Source: a virus (taxonomy: Duplodnaviria > Caudoviricetes). From it: a stretch of 64,000 nt of DNA. The translations under genes were made by a program, and so were the position numbers. The notes beneath the pieces were generated by a model. It was not told where the DNA came from and did no database searches. It saw nothing but the letters and a program-made list of their open reading frames with translations. Shown piece by piece: positions 41,701 through 48,006 of this stretch. Positions within the stretch are counted from its first letter, which is position 1. The number at the start of each line of letters is the position of its first letter. The DNA lies in IMG/VR virus record IMGVR_UViG_3300031867_000002, positions 160,633 through 224,632 of that record; one strand, 5' to 3'.

Positions 41701-43687
41701 AAATTATACAAGTAGAACCAACGAATCTTTCCATGGATTAAAAGATTATGATATCTGGCAATATACATCTTCTATTACTCCTCCTGGTAAAAAGAAACGT
41801 ACAGATATGGACTATTGCTATTCTAGTTTTGCTAGTATGGCTAATAAAAAAGGTGGTGGAGGAACTGGTAGAGGAAAAGATATATTAGACAGAGCTATAA
41901 AACAAGGTAGAGGTAAATTTGGAAGAGCGGAGGAAGAAAAGGTTGAGAATCAGACTATGGCTGATGAAAACTTTATTGGTCCACAATTGCCAGATGATTA
42001 TGATAAATTAAATAATACATCTACTACTACAACAGATGCTCAAGCTACTGCAGATGAAGCTGCTGTTATTGCTGAAAACGATAATACGACAGCTACTCAA
42101 GAAGCTACTAATTCTACAACCACAACAGCAGCTACAACAGCTCAACCAACATCAACAAAACAATTGTTATCTAAACTTGCTAAATATGCTAAAACTGTTA
42201 CTAAAGGTGTATTTGGTAATTTCTATGATGCATTATATGGTGCTGAACAAGAGACCACAGAAACTACTTCTGGAGAAGTTGTTGGTACTGGTACAGCAGG
42301 TACATTACAAACAGCTATTCCTTATAGTACTTATGGTATTTGGAAACAAGGTTGGGCGTCTAGAGATGGTGAACCTCACTGGTGTAATAAAGGCTGGAAT
42401 ACAAAGACTGCTATTTCTATAGGTGGTGGTACTATCGGTGAAGCTGGTTGTTCTTTATGTTCTACAGCATTAATGCTCGTACATTCTGGTGTAGTTCAAG
42501 ATGCTAGTTTTAACCCAGGTGTATTTGCAGAGGATATTAATTCTAGAAGCGAATGTAGAGGTGGTTGTGGTACTGATTCACCTATGACTCATATGTGTGA
42601 ATATAAGGGAGATAAGACAATGCAATTTGTAGACTCTTATTCTTGGAGTTATGGAGGAAAATCTTTTGATGAACTTTATAACTTCTGTTTACAATCTATG
42701 CAACAAGGTTATTTCCTTATCGGTCACGTTACAAATCATTTCTGCTGTATTGACTATATTGATACTGCACACAAAGTTATCTTTATTATGGACCCAGGTT
42801 TTAGAGCTAACTGTTGGTATGACGGTAATAATAAACCATCTTGCCTTGATAGTACAGATATAGGATATACAATGTCTTCTGGACCATCAGGTAAACATAT
42901 ACTCGGTGTAATTAGATATAAATCCGCAACTACTAATCCATCTTGTTATATTCTTAATGGTAGAAGAAGCTTTGACTCTCTACATGAAAATGGAGATGCT
43001 CCTAATGCATCTATAACTACTGGTTCTACTCCAGTTGCAACAACTGCTGAAACTACAACACCTTCTTCTACTGCAGAAGATACTGCTGCATTTGCTGCTG
43101 CTAATACATCTGAAGATGGAGGAAATGGAAGAGGTATATATGGTAGAGGTAGAACATCATGGAGTAACGCTAAAGAAGGACCTGAAGTAAGAGCTGGTAT
43201 ATCTGGTGATTATGACGGTACTAATGCTCATAGAGCTAAAATTAGAACTAATGGTAGAGGTAATAATACATCTACTGGAGTTCTCAAATCATATGATAGT
43301 ATATCTAGAAATCATACTAATAGTGGTAGAGGTAATGTATATAACACTTCTAACTCACCATCTGTGCCTAGAAATGGTACTAGTGGTAGAGGAAGTATTA
43401 TAGGCGAAATAGATACTGCTTATGCTAAATACGCTGACCCTAACGGATTAGCTAATATAATTAGATTAGCAGCTATTATTGCAGATAATAGTAATAAGAT
43501 AGATGATGTACTTGCTATATTAGCTACTATTGCTGTTAATACAGAAAATACAACTACAGCTGTTACTAATAAGAATAAAGGTCCAGACGGTTCTAAGAAT
43601 GGTTTATCTGCTCTAAGAACTGCTCTTAACAATAACAACTCAGGAGAAGACATTATAAATGCAATTTATCAAATAGCTAAAAGCTAA
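26744..43687 (+). CDS. Giant tape-measure / tail-associated multi-hydrolase protein (5647 aa)
   Basis: Long helical body with Gly-rich hydrophobic hairpins and an MAAGG...AGE motif. C-terminal C39-like, GH73-like, SleB-like, NlpC/P60, GH25 and second C39-like domains. Precedes baseplate genes; promoter at 26708-26720. Confidence 0.8.
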   Translation: MSIKVQKYLANLGKSVAYTTADVLSEKFTYVNDFKNENQEVFKEAYHSIKDYRTTFARIKKTITDNKVMDAARVGFDSIVYSVTTGDFYAKNKEQEVMNKYGGNMMQGMDIDDDDFDFGNEDVTDGDKVIATAVKKNSKLQTAITTEAIVKTGKAQMDVSKENTMLLYTQNERLINKLDGGLQNITGFLKQNAEQTAKVQNQMNENLNKFMANVDNNVAKLTKQMDELLEMQRNLYAKQTQDQNQKKKIGYDDIIGRGGVINLKEYGKYIGRNASNELMQAIPGLNMLLGDGGIEGSNLLATMLANPGRELSKVVVNKALGKSFDQASKALNKTLENLVPSLIAKANAAAKKEDAGLAGLLGKILGIKTGSNESVDPNKYVKGAIPFDGITKKAIVDVIPYYLRKMTSAMTGGEEMTFDYATGRWTSMKSAKKAYDNITTSAQRNTESLIKGTIQAGTGRSFDSMYKSKDEYDRANTAVQSLALKLQAAGDFGSLRESDLTSPEKAIYTSMKKIFQRSEHYRYEKDDNGRLKMRRGFNGPDISAIDGQLLEILRSQNSAIKQLNEQGGIAMLAAMEGITGDAKSYHGKSYVDAKGDMNERHIQEMPTAQVLLRAKDEYGVTLYQYLRSMGHSLNYIKKYSTYLQTLPFINNGLNPNPPGSGGGGNPSGTPPTLDMPTSNDGFVDYGNNAKDDKYASRYYEQLERKAKDKAKESFESNIKRVEEQARKKGKSVSFVTDSYNYQSEGEQIGMSRLVSDYYGEGGQYETEFKLNQQKEDDKKEKEKWKKMEELIGKENTDKLKKATDKYDKDKGLMENLSKATGTTEKLAIAAKWFTQKTNFAVMDKVTGTIVKTDAWLRNLIYGEDLKADDQKKSLWQLMKDHTSDFFKNVQKQIGELFSPIKKYYDEKIKPHVDKVKKKIFGDVDSEGNILEEGVLSHFTSGFRKGMAKNRDDVHAMWKKEIEEAKRLGDKITNSESSSNSSDSSSSSSTNKSNMYKGGLNRGTKLSSEQIEAKKQELRDKIKSKNHANVNDIMESYYQGSNLLSGNDTHSFNPSDNIRTKIQNLRISTISLETEKKNLKKDIKEIEFRVSTYNHYKNNPSLQELLDELTTKKNRLVEIDIEIKHNSSAMKKLNLKLKKLPNMAAGGVNRTGRPFQSVLSAGEYLNGSKIGQTGIYTIPKGGVVYNPAPASVRNIQARNEKAFVRGLRYNAEANDDLTPTNKNKKKELTEEEKIEHQKLDAEAKTRIEQVDINKLTDWSTLEDDKQRAAFLGNMASRGALGGVAGLLVGGPLLGAAVGAASTLTKSTGSFASFLFGDVEKDKKTGEIIVDSDGNPKRKDTGLISKELQKAAPDMAKGGMAGMAAGLLTPLGPLGGLLIGTGLGFAKNSEIFQGSLFGEGGIFSDENVDKLKKGAKNMGIGAATAALFLPGPFGLVGSALIGATAGYATSTDKFKDFLLGEEGEDGKRRGGVRGALTDNVVKPLKGFGQTIIEKTMDEIFGKKNGEGEDAKREGGLFGAIRENVITPMTSGAQSIFKEITNSVVDIKDFTVDMMRKIKANAAGNDFLGGVWEKATKISGGVIGAAGKVGRAATKPFRLLGDEGIGGRLKAKRIRSGRADDMTARERLAARGSLGMAKTDQWSDIDEYLADGTSGDIESLLNILSYDDNEKSIDKFKNNAYVTLGQELRNNINRKDAGKIIKMLKEGREKDVERFLNTRKYDDATKSAVMKELKIHKGKLDKASKDYQDIKDSGKTVQQYLLSKGINVDINDKKAVRNLKLMANRELAHKEVGLTDEEVAFEAEKAFWKGKDSPLETVNTAAKKMEEMLENIHYDLTIGNNYDKLSSEEQAKYGSREAYIKSIKDAKSQKAIKENAANGGYVIGKNNKIGSINTGSIKAGDFITNDLWNDYAPMYTGDLKGYLAADNRMDSVLNKEIEEIIDTACQMFDGLALKELCVPERIQDDVQKYVQKTVNKEKCTEEEAIKKIKTMRRKIIISRGETNYVFEMSYTLDGTTVNPNKRQPNSYDAAKRQFIEDYLADHRPKSIEDSYMSFGDMISKSLKLGVYMNPINIPILDSMPWFTGIHSSFVKDTINKRGKEIVGGVIKGIKKIGFEAGLALGDHNINDNSFIQRLNNYQYEQEAEKEWVKEVDSYQRALEKMKTINTQSEEVQAKLKEELDDKFYFLDGITKKLDLGVDRFSACTKEEQEKVHKEFVSLYIQAKKDNQVFGRGLIGGIKQIGKRIAKGKLGQAVKFISGSAKILFKDNAEGTKEERMKKLRENLKKKAEYAWSKMFKPNPDNNKKPEAGPELQKLVKELYKDKHGEDVLWNDLTEAEQDAIHAVFIERFIDGRYQKLMNNISDNIKAGFISKIQGFSNNIGMGIRTAGAKVADAANSVKEWAKKKASNAKRDKVISLAIKNKDERLDEIAIELYGKKYNELTDAKEQNKVNDRFYARYGYGKRGAIAETFMRGAIKKVVGSDKYKSVTGTLKSGIRNATTGKLDAVRAWKAKNQEQDTLIGKFFDRMDARQLRKDKENFEGKKDSKIGKIIKWLFIGGIFVPLVVGFLKEDVLPAIREKVKPWLAKAKDKIFGVKDETTGEYKGGIISGIVNPIRNFFKTKFEKVHNWIHNEGEFNAKDRGLSGFWNSLTKVGAHIVELWKTGFTTVYGDFVPKLLEKVGKSMIPAFAAVLRGLGSYIKDVIEGKQGAMEIPGFSESQDISTPETTTDIPNTVGGNIQVKSPGYKGSVQFGDGTSASGNKLNSTANSDGSKTITNESTGKSVTSKTTGDYYFAGKNSNGQNIYKDSKTNKAYISDGNGGYVPISDYQEVYDESLANNEAFQHQKELENANALQADYTGRSAKSVIAGNAARILTRSGNMVVLNGAQGTKALSTASRLLAAPFKAIGHIPKGGLIGKLGSGIVKVGEGLTKPAAWLHGKTMNLAGTLGDKVTGGTFSRIGQKVVDKETAAAAKIAEKNALKAAEAEAKVTKNAAKKAFKADKLAQKVASGEANFFEKAIAFIQKSINSIKDKIAKVLKNEKIAKIFGKGVKDNADEIAENLAKDTADTLARNSDDIAKKGATVAAKGAAKVLSVVMMVADFLLGVDNCRNLLGIVSPKPTFVERLTGGLINIIPDVIMTAAEAITAASFGGAAVVGGILAALSIIATLVISWDSLRDSIVGTIVNVLDKIPGIDMSKLKKERADAKAAVEAYNTKNNTNLNIEEYNNLIGNKTVASKIGDSAKNTWSAMFGYDSATKNTVLEKTANLESKGKSDKVRKALATIFSSIWQNFGKEDFNFNTQYDEDGNELKGKEKLNASKSKFNEASTKIISNLNNILVSEDEYIINKVLSNCYDFTGPWDATHHLKQVFKSGRDNPETQFTAANESQMNWPRIRSIAGVLAIINEIFEPCNKVQEVGNAVVMVLLEMYFTKEEIGEETFKQIDDYNNGKYNLDASQYTGTETGDNTDSESGEQVATNANANNKLSPLPTKKDPLMAGLEKGMSWLKDSPLEKIGIYFGNLINDAVKRMTGGFEGIEQFFRGLSGKNSSVNRGIDELSILPTDKNYWKIELDKKNPFMSGLFNFVESMNRVVKAPFALAAASLTAGMSAVQQSGSTTNNSTTTIINNSSSSGSTGSTSTTTGASGSTGGTTSTTTTTSGGLWQGIKNTASKLWNGFKGLFGKGRDGSDNSGYGDDPYHIYQRAYSGSYRTAGDSESQTIADSGCGPASAASVLRMYGKKGDMRNAVNYALSNKYKEVNGGTYPEYFNSYLNKNGIKTNSNANNTDVVNSLAQGKPVILMGRDSQNSGRTPYGSKYSHYVVARGLDKNGNVIVEDSEDKRGNTRYNLADTLRNSTVRITTGRGYGRANESLANRYISGVSGVTAASISNIVANTANALSGIKVVNSTATATTPTNNTTNTASTNGVAGSITPDTDVKTKCGYTEEQLKNAISAVNNGCSAEAFPKEAIAVENSYGVNALFTCAVAILEHGWDGTIGINTTGANWGNYNPFNIQGSPNSSNGRWKDFTSLTDAFDSFGKLITGSTYYGAGLTTPKLIGPTYCNDKWPGQVCEIADMIVKHIGGSGRGKSLFSTITNKFLKNVKNTIAYSATNNVLNLLKGNKSTTVSNSTNNNTSQTSTSGAVVQGQKYDLTDEQLRVLTSMCIGEQGEEKEGIEFEASLMCNLFEYKKYYNATKKTNLYDYVINGGWFAGGNTNHTTTDEQKEWVKNVICNGNRIIPLCIVEHDYIGDLVKIEGPGTLSDKSTFVPNQTKVTNQWGGTWTFWAFPGNNPKKDPFGYTDKSIKMCGGQIPDPPAGYTPNSSGYGRGIFGRAEEEDKFNPLNLTTNDLLNSPSDVVNSGNFRNSGAIERANKLKESGQDPNTFGDVTKVENDLKEQQKFENVTKVNTPLENAIQNSTTNASGLIPTMQKYTGGLLQGIFGHFYDALYGAESDSGTVSSTSSGSTATAAYNGNDVVYAAAMVFEALGKVHPEGTYKGGFFDITCRDGTKIDHVRCDCSGLMTAIIQYMGYYTYKSSQSEYTDSYHGEGLSSSMSLSDIYDKDGNPVTDWEEISKSNCTGSNAKPGDIRFESGHTDMFVCYKSGSDWPKGFNAGSTNGILASYKAAEAFFNNNNSFPMDGSVGASTIRDATCIRAFRFKGRSASGRGKKADKADLARLNRRIRPKNYILDEQGRRMYLSELLRKKYSSLSKFGKGKFGRAEEEDNTTPDETTFIGPQLPADKITPENTPGVSESDVATMTATTATTNDKLSTTTTDTSTTNGVEPKAKSLISLLKKYIGLSTNSVTGQDDTNNTVVAGANVMGAASGGGTKDNPVKGIDISYCDSENIDWDALAKEISFVIIRIGSSHSSKTDAKTMTDELFESHYENATKRGLAVGGYFYSYAPNAEAAEQEAEKCLEIIKGKSFSLPIYIDIEEKNSCLRTRIAGEVAQAFMNKVIAAGYATGIYCSASAFNQTNFNSPPGSGVLDNSKYSIWVANYTSRTNESFHGLKDYDIWQYTSSITPPGKKKRTDMDYCYSSFASMANKKGGGGTGRGKDILDRAIKQGRGKFGRAEEEKVENQTMADENFIGPQLPDDYDKLNNTSTTTTDAQATADEAAVIAENDNTTATQEATNSTTTTAATTAQPTSTKQLLSKLAKYAKTVTKGVFGNFYDALYGAEQETTETTSGEVVGTGTAGTLQTAIPYSTYGIWKQGWASRDGEPHWCNKGWNTKTAISIGGGTIGEAGCSLCSTALMLVHSGVVQDASFNPGVFAEDINSRSECRGGCGTDSPMTHMCEYKGDKTMQFVDSYSWSYGGKSFDELYNFCLQSMQQGYFLIGHVTNHFCCIDYIDTAHKVIFIMDPGFRANCWYDGNNKPSCLDSTDIGYTMSSGPSGKHILGVIRYKSATTNPSCYILNGRRSFDSLHENGDAPNASITTGSTPVATTAETTTPSSTAEDTAAFAAANTSEDGGNGRGIYGRGRTSWSNAKEGPEVRAGISGDYDGTNAHRAKIRTNGRGNNTSTGVLKSYDSISRNHTNSGRGNVYNTSNSPSVPRNGTSGRGSIIGEIDTAYAKYADPNGLANIIRLAAIIADNSNKIDDVLAILATIAVNTENTTTAVTNKNKGPDGSKNGLSALRTALNNNNSGEDIINAIYQIAKS

Positions 43688-43691
43688 GATT

Positions 43692-43724
43692 ATGAGGGTT
43701 GGTATATCCAACCCTCATATTTTT
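43692..43724 (+). terminator. Intrinsic terminator
   Basis: ATGAGGGTTGG/CCAACCCTCAT stem followed by a T tract. Confidence 0.8.
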
Positions 43725-43774
43725 ATATCTAGAACATACGAATAATATTAACCTTTATGAAAGGAGGAAATTTT

Positions 43775-46207
43775 ATGGCAGTAACACTTTATGGGGTTAA
43801 TACATCTCATGATAAAAGTCACAATAATCTATTAGCCAAATCATTAATAAATGGTCAAATAGGAAATGCATTTTTTATATTTAAAAGCGATTTAAAAGTA
43901 TATAAAGAATCGTCACGAAAAACAGAAATGTATAAAATAAAGAATCATACATTTGCTAAAATAACATCAATAAAAAGCACTACATCAGATGGCGTTATAT
44001 TAGGACTTGCAGCTGGTTCAAAAACAGTATATATAAAATATGCAAGTTATAAACTAAATACTTCTGGAATAAATGCTGGAGCATATTTTACTTCAACATC
44101 TTCAAATCAAATAGGTTGGCAGAACACAAAAGTAGCTCCTCCACAAATAATGACTAGAGGAGATTATTTTAACGGAATTAAAGGTATTAATACATATATT
44201 AATCTAAATTCTGGCGGTTCGTTAGATGAATCTAGAATATTAGAAAAATATGGAAGTGCTGAAGATGAAGAAAATTTAGAAGATACACAAGAAGCTATAG
44301 CTAATGACGCAATAGCTGGTACAACAGCTGCGGCAAACGGAACTACTGGAACTGCTGATGGAGATATACAAGTTACTTATGAATTTGCAGTAAAACCAGC
44401 ACCAACATTCTTCTATAATATTGGAGAACATTTAGCTAGATATAAACAACTTGCTTATGATGAAGAAGGAAATGTAAAAGTAGATGAAGAAGGAAACGTA
44501 ATATATACAACAGATGAAAATGGTAATGCTCTTATGGGTGGTCCTAAAGACTCATTAACAAGTTATCAACATGAAGTAAGTGTTAATGGTGTAAACTATA
44601 AAGCTCTTAGAAATATATTTGGTGCACCATATCAATTCTTACCATCAACAGATTGTAGAATTAGTAATGGCAAGTTTATAGATAATTTAGAGCTTGCTGG
44701 ATATGAATTTAATGAAAAGATTCTTTCTAGAATGCCATTACTATTTATAACTCCTGGTAATACATCTTTTATGGGAGGTTCATCTGAAAATGCTAGAACA
44801 GCTTTAATTGGGTCATTAGATGAAACATATGTAGATAAATCTGTATCTGAAAACTCTTTAAAAGCTATGCTAGAAGATTATAATGGTAAACTTTATACTA
44901 TTATGCCTGCATATGGAGAATATTTTAATTATGTTAACCCAATGTGTAGAGCAGGTGCAATATTCTTGGGTCTTGCTGGAAATACTGAATCAGATAAGAA
45001 TAAAACACTCTATGGTAAGACATTAGATGTATTTCATTGGGGTGTATATGAAGGACAAGATTATACTCCTTATATAGAAGAAGATGAAACTATACTCGGA
45101 GATGAAACTGCAGAAGAAATTGAAGGAGAGGTTGAAACTCCTGAAGAAGATGCTAATGGCGTAGCAAATACTGAGAATGCTACAACAGAAGGAGAAGAAG
45201 CAAATCCTAATCCTGAAGAAGATAATGAAATTGAAGAGGAAGAAAAGTATGACTGGGAGCAAGATGATGTATTTGAGAAAGCTGATAATAGTTTCTTAAA
45301 AGATTTTCAACAGGCTATGTATTATGGTAATGCAATTCCATTCTATATTAATTCAGAATCATCATTCCAAGACTCATTCTCTAATGAAACTACGGAATCG
45401 ACATTATCATCTACAATTAATGCGTTATCTGATAGAGCTAGAGAAGTACAATTCTTATTAGGTACTGCGTCTAATGCGGTAGGTGAAGCATTTGATAAAG
45501 TAGATGGTACATTAACAGAAATTAAAGAACAAATTGATAGTATTGTTAGTAAAGTCGCTGGAGGTAATTCTATCTTTACTACTATTGCTAATTCAGTTAA
45601 GACTATTGTATCTGGTGGACGTTTATTATTTCCTCAAATATGGTCTAATAGCAGTTTTACTAAGTCATATAATATATCTATTAAATTAACTACACCAAGT
45701 TATGATAAGTTCTCTTGGTGGTTAAATATCTATGTTCCTTTGTGTCATCTTATGGCATTAGTATTGCCTAGGTCTGAATATATAAACTCTTATACTACTC
45801 CATTCCTAATTAAAGCATTCTATAGAGGAATGTTTAATATAGATATGGGTATTATTACAGAAATGTCATTTAATAGAGGTAAAGAAGGTTCATGGACTAA
45901 AGATGGATTACCTACTGTAGTAGATGTATCATTCTCTATACAAGATTTATATACTGGTATGGGCATGACCAGTATAGGTTCAATGTTTAAAGGTACTACA
46001 TTACAAAATGTATCTGAAATGGACTATATTGCTAACTTATGCGGTATTAATATTAATGAACCAGATGTATTTAGAATGGTTACATTATGGGCTACATTTA
46101 ATCTTAAAGATAGAGTAGGGGATTTCTTGCCTAATCTAAGCATGAATATCGGTACTACACTTAGAAATAAAGGTATGAGTATTTATAATTCTTTATGGGG
46201 ATTATAA
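43775..46207 (+). CDS. Putative baseplate/tail-tip structural protein
   Basis: Follows the tape-measure gene; ATG 43775 with AAGGAGG RBS; promoter at 43733-43745. Beta-rich C-terminus (GIITEMSF...PTVVDVSFSIQDL) is reminiscent of tube-like baseplate proteins. Confidence 0.5.
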   Translation: MAVTLYGVNTSHDKSHNNLLAKSLINGQIGNAFFIFKSDLKVYKESSRKTEMYKIKNHTFAKITSIKSTTSDGVILGLAAGSKTVYIKYASYKLNTSGINAGAYFTSTSSNQIGWQNTKVAPPQIMTRGDYFNGIKGINTYINLNSGGSLDESRILEKYGSAEDEENLEDTQEAIANDAIAGTTAAANGTTGTADGDIQVTYEFAVKPAPTFFYNIGEHLARYKQLAYDEEGNVKVDEEGNVIYTTDENGNALMGGPKDSLTSYQHEVSVNGVNYKALRNIFGAPYQFLPSTDCRISNGKFIDNLELAGYEFNEKILSRMPLLFITPGNTSFMGGSSENARTALIGSLDETYVDKSVSENSLKAMLEDYNGKLYTIMPAYGEYFNYVNPMCRAGAIFLGLAGNTESDKNKTLYGKTLDVFHWGVYEGQDYTPYIEEDETILGDETAEEIEGEVETPEEDANGVANTENATTEGEEANPNPEEDNEIEEEEKYDWEQDDVFEKADNSFLKDFQQAMYYGNAIPFYINSESSFQDSFSNETTESTLSSTINALSDRAREVQFLLGTASNAVGEAFDKVDGTLTEIKEQIDSIVSKVAGGNSIFTTIANSVKTIVSGGRLLFPQIWSNSSFTKSYNISIKLTTPSYDKFSWWLNIYVPLCHLMALVLPRSEYINSYTTPFLIKAFYRGMFNIDMGIITEMSFNRGKEGSWTKDGLPTVVDVSFSIQDLYTGMGMTSIGSMFKGTTLQNVSEMDYIANLCGININEPDVFRMVTLWATFNLKDRVGDFLPNLSMNIGTTLRNKGMSIYNSLWGL

Positions 46208-46216
46208 CTATATAGT

Positions 46217-46346
46217 AAAGCTATTAGTGGTGCAAATAGCTTTACAGTAATTATCCTCTCGTTTTGAGACGACATTATTCGATTCCTTTGGATAAAGATT
46301 AACAATGGAACGGTGATACGACATATGTCGTATCACTTGTTCTGTC
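46217..46346 (+). ncRNA. Candidate late sRNA-3 (two anti-SD modules)
   Basis: AACT atatag TAA promoter (46206-46218), 5' hairpin AAAGCTATT/AATAGCTTT, CAT-TATTCGA-TTCCTTT module, perfect 24-nt palindromic hairpin at 46313-46336. The next gene has its own promoter. Confidence 0.55.
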
Positions 46347-46399
46347 TTAAACTACCTAATCTCGAACAATTAGGTAAATATGTTAATGGAGGTGATACC

Positions 46400-47101
46400 A
46401 TGGCTAGTATGAAACAAAAGCTAAAAGACTATCAAGCTAAATATGGTAATATACCATTAGATTATAAAGAAAGATTAGATTATATGTGTACTATATATAA
46501 TATCTCTTATGATGAGATGATAGATATATTACACGAAAGAGATAGACGTTTAAATAACTTATATTACACCACTATAAGAGTAGTATTAAATGTAATTCCA
46601 GAAGGTGCTAAAAGACCTAGATATAGATTTGTTAATAGAGGTAATCTTATTAATGCTGCTATATCAGACCCAGGATTTATTCATGTATATTCTCCTGGTG
46701 CTGCACAAAATCACGAATATATGAAACGACTTGTAGATGATGAGATAGTACAACTTACCCATCTTATATGTACTCCATGTGATGTACATTTTAGAGCTTA
46801 CTTTCCAACACCAAAATCTTATAATAAACAAGAAACATTTATGGCGGAATTAGGACTCAATCGTCCTATAGTAAAACCAGACTGGGATAATATTGGAAAG
46901 CTATATTCTGATATGTATAATAGTAATATATGGGTTGATGATGCGTTGACAATAAGAGGTGTAGTAGATAAATTCTATTCTATATTACCTAGAGTAGAGA
47001 TTGATTTATCTTATCTAAATGCGGTATACTGTAAACAACAGTATCAGAATATAATTGGTCGTAAAGACTATGAAGAAAACATGAATCTTAGATATATTTG
47101 A
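46400..47101 (+). CDS. RusA-like Holliday junction resolvase
   Basis: KPDWDNIGK...D...WVDD catalytic signature; ATG 46400 with GGAGGTG RBS; promoter at 46365-46377. Confidence 0.8.
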   Translation: MASMKQKLKDYQAKYGNIPLDYKERLDYMCTIYNISYDEMIDILHERDRRLNNLYYTTIRVVLNVIPEGAKRPRYRFVNRGNLINAAISDPGFIHVYSPGAAQNHEYMKRLVDDEIVQLTHLICTPCDVHFRAYFPTPKSYNKQETFMAELGLNRPIVKPDWDNIGKLYSDMYNSNIWVDDALTIRGVVDKFYSILPRVEIDLSYLNAVYCKQQYQNIIGRKDYEENMNLRYI

Positions 47102-47114
47102 GAGGAGTATAGAT

Positions 47115-47510
47115 ATGGAATCTAGTAATTTAAGACTATCATATATAAACGACATTACCGATATAAGAAAAAAGTTATGGGAAACAGCATATTCTGAATT
47201 TGAATATAATAATATACTTGCTAGATGTGTATATGATGCATTTGGAAAAGTAGAACCAGGCTCAGTAAATCGATTAAGCTTTAAATTTGATGATTCTAAA
47301 ATCGGTTTAAAAATCGGTATTGATTTGTTGAAGCCTATTAGTAATATTGAAATGAACAGTATACTATCTATTGCATTTGAAAATTTTATATCTGAAATGT
47401 ATAAGTTAGGTAAACTTACTAAAATTGAATATGAGATTTGTAACACAAGAACAAATATGTTATTTAGTCTTATTCTAAATACAGAGACTAGAGCCGAAGT
47501 AACGTTATAA
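47115..47510 (+). CDS. Hypothetical protein
   Basis: 131 aa, GAGGAG RBS, followed by a terminator (47514-47538). Confidence 0.7.
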   Translation: MESSNLRLSYINDITDIRKKLWETAYSEFEYNNILARCVYDAFGKVEPGSVNRLSFKFDDSKIGLKIGIDLLKPISNIEMNSILSIAFENFISEMYKLGKLTKIEYEICNTRTNMLFSLILNTETRAEVTL

Positions 47511-47652
47511 AAAGCAGGCTACCTCGTGGGTAGCCTGTAAAACTTTTGTTTAATAAATATATATTATTATAGTGAATAGTAGAGGTCAGACAATGCTAAT
47601 CTGAACTGCACGAGGATATGCAGAATACTATATATTATTGGAGGTCATTTCA

Positions 47653-48006
47653 ATGACAGAATACAAGGAAACCAAAAGAAATATAATGGCTGCTTTTAAA
47701 ATCAATTCGGTAAAACTTACTGAAGATGATTTAAAAGTTGCTTCTGATGAAGCAAACATTAATTTCACTACTGGAACAATTTTAGCCATTTCAACCGCTG
47801 CTTGTCTCATCATCAAAATATATCTGTTTTCCGATTCATCAGGAAACGCTTATTATACTGCTGAAGGCAATGATGAACCTATCTCTTTTCACGGAAATGA
47901 AGTTTGGAGGGGGACTAGTTATCATATAAGGAAAACCCGTCCAATGAATCTTGAAGAAAAAATGCTTTGTAATATCCTTTATGGCGTAAGCCATTTAGGA
48001 CATTAA
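47653..48006 (+). CDS. Small early protein cassette
   Basis: ATG 47653 with GGAGG RBS, early promoter at 47558-47574, terminator at 48008-48042. Confidence 0.65.
   Translation: MTEYKETKRNIMAAFKINSVKLTEDDLKVASDEANINFTTGTILAISTAACLIIKIYLFSDSSGNAYYTAEGNDEPISFHGNEVWRGTSYHIRKTRPMNLEEKMLCNILYGVSHLGH

Noticed and set aside
46313-46399. Upstream GTG start for the RusA-like gene (similarly the track starts at 13000, 43757, 54947, 7520, 11876, 47638, 17808)
   Set aside because: These starts lie in hairpins, leaders or the RBS itself; downstream ATGs have well-spaced SD sequences.
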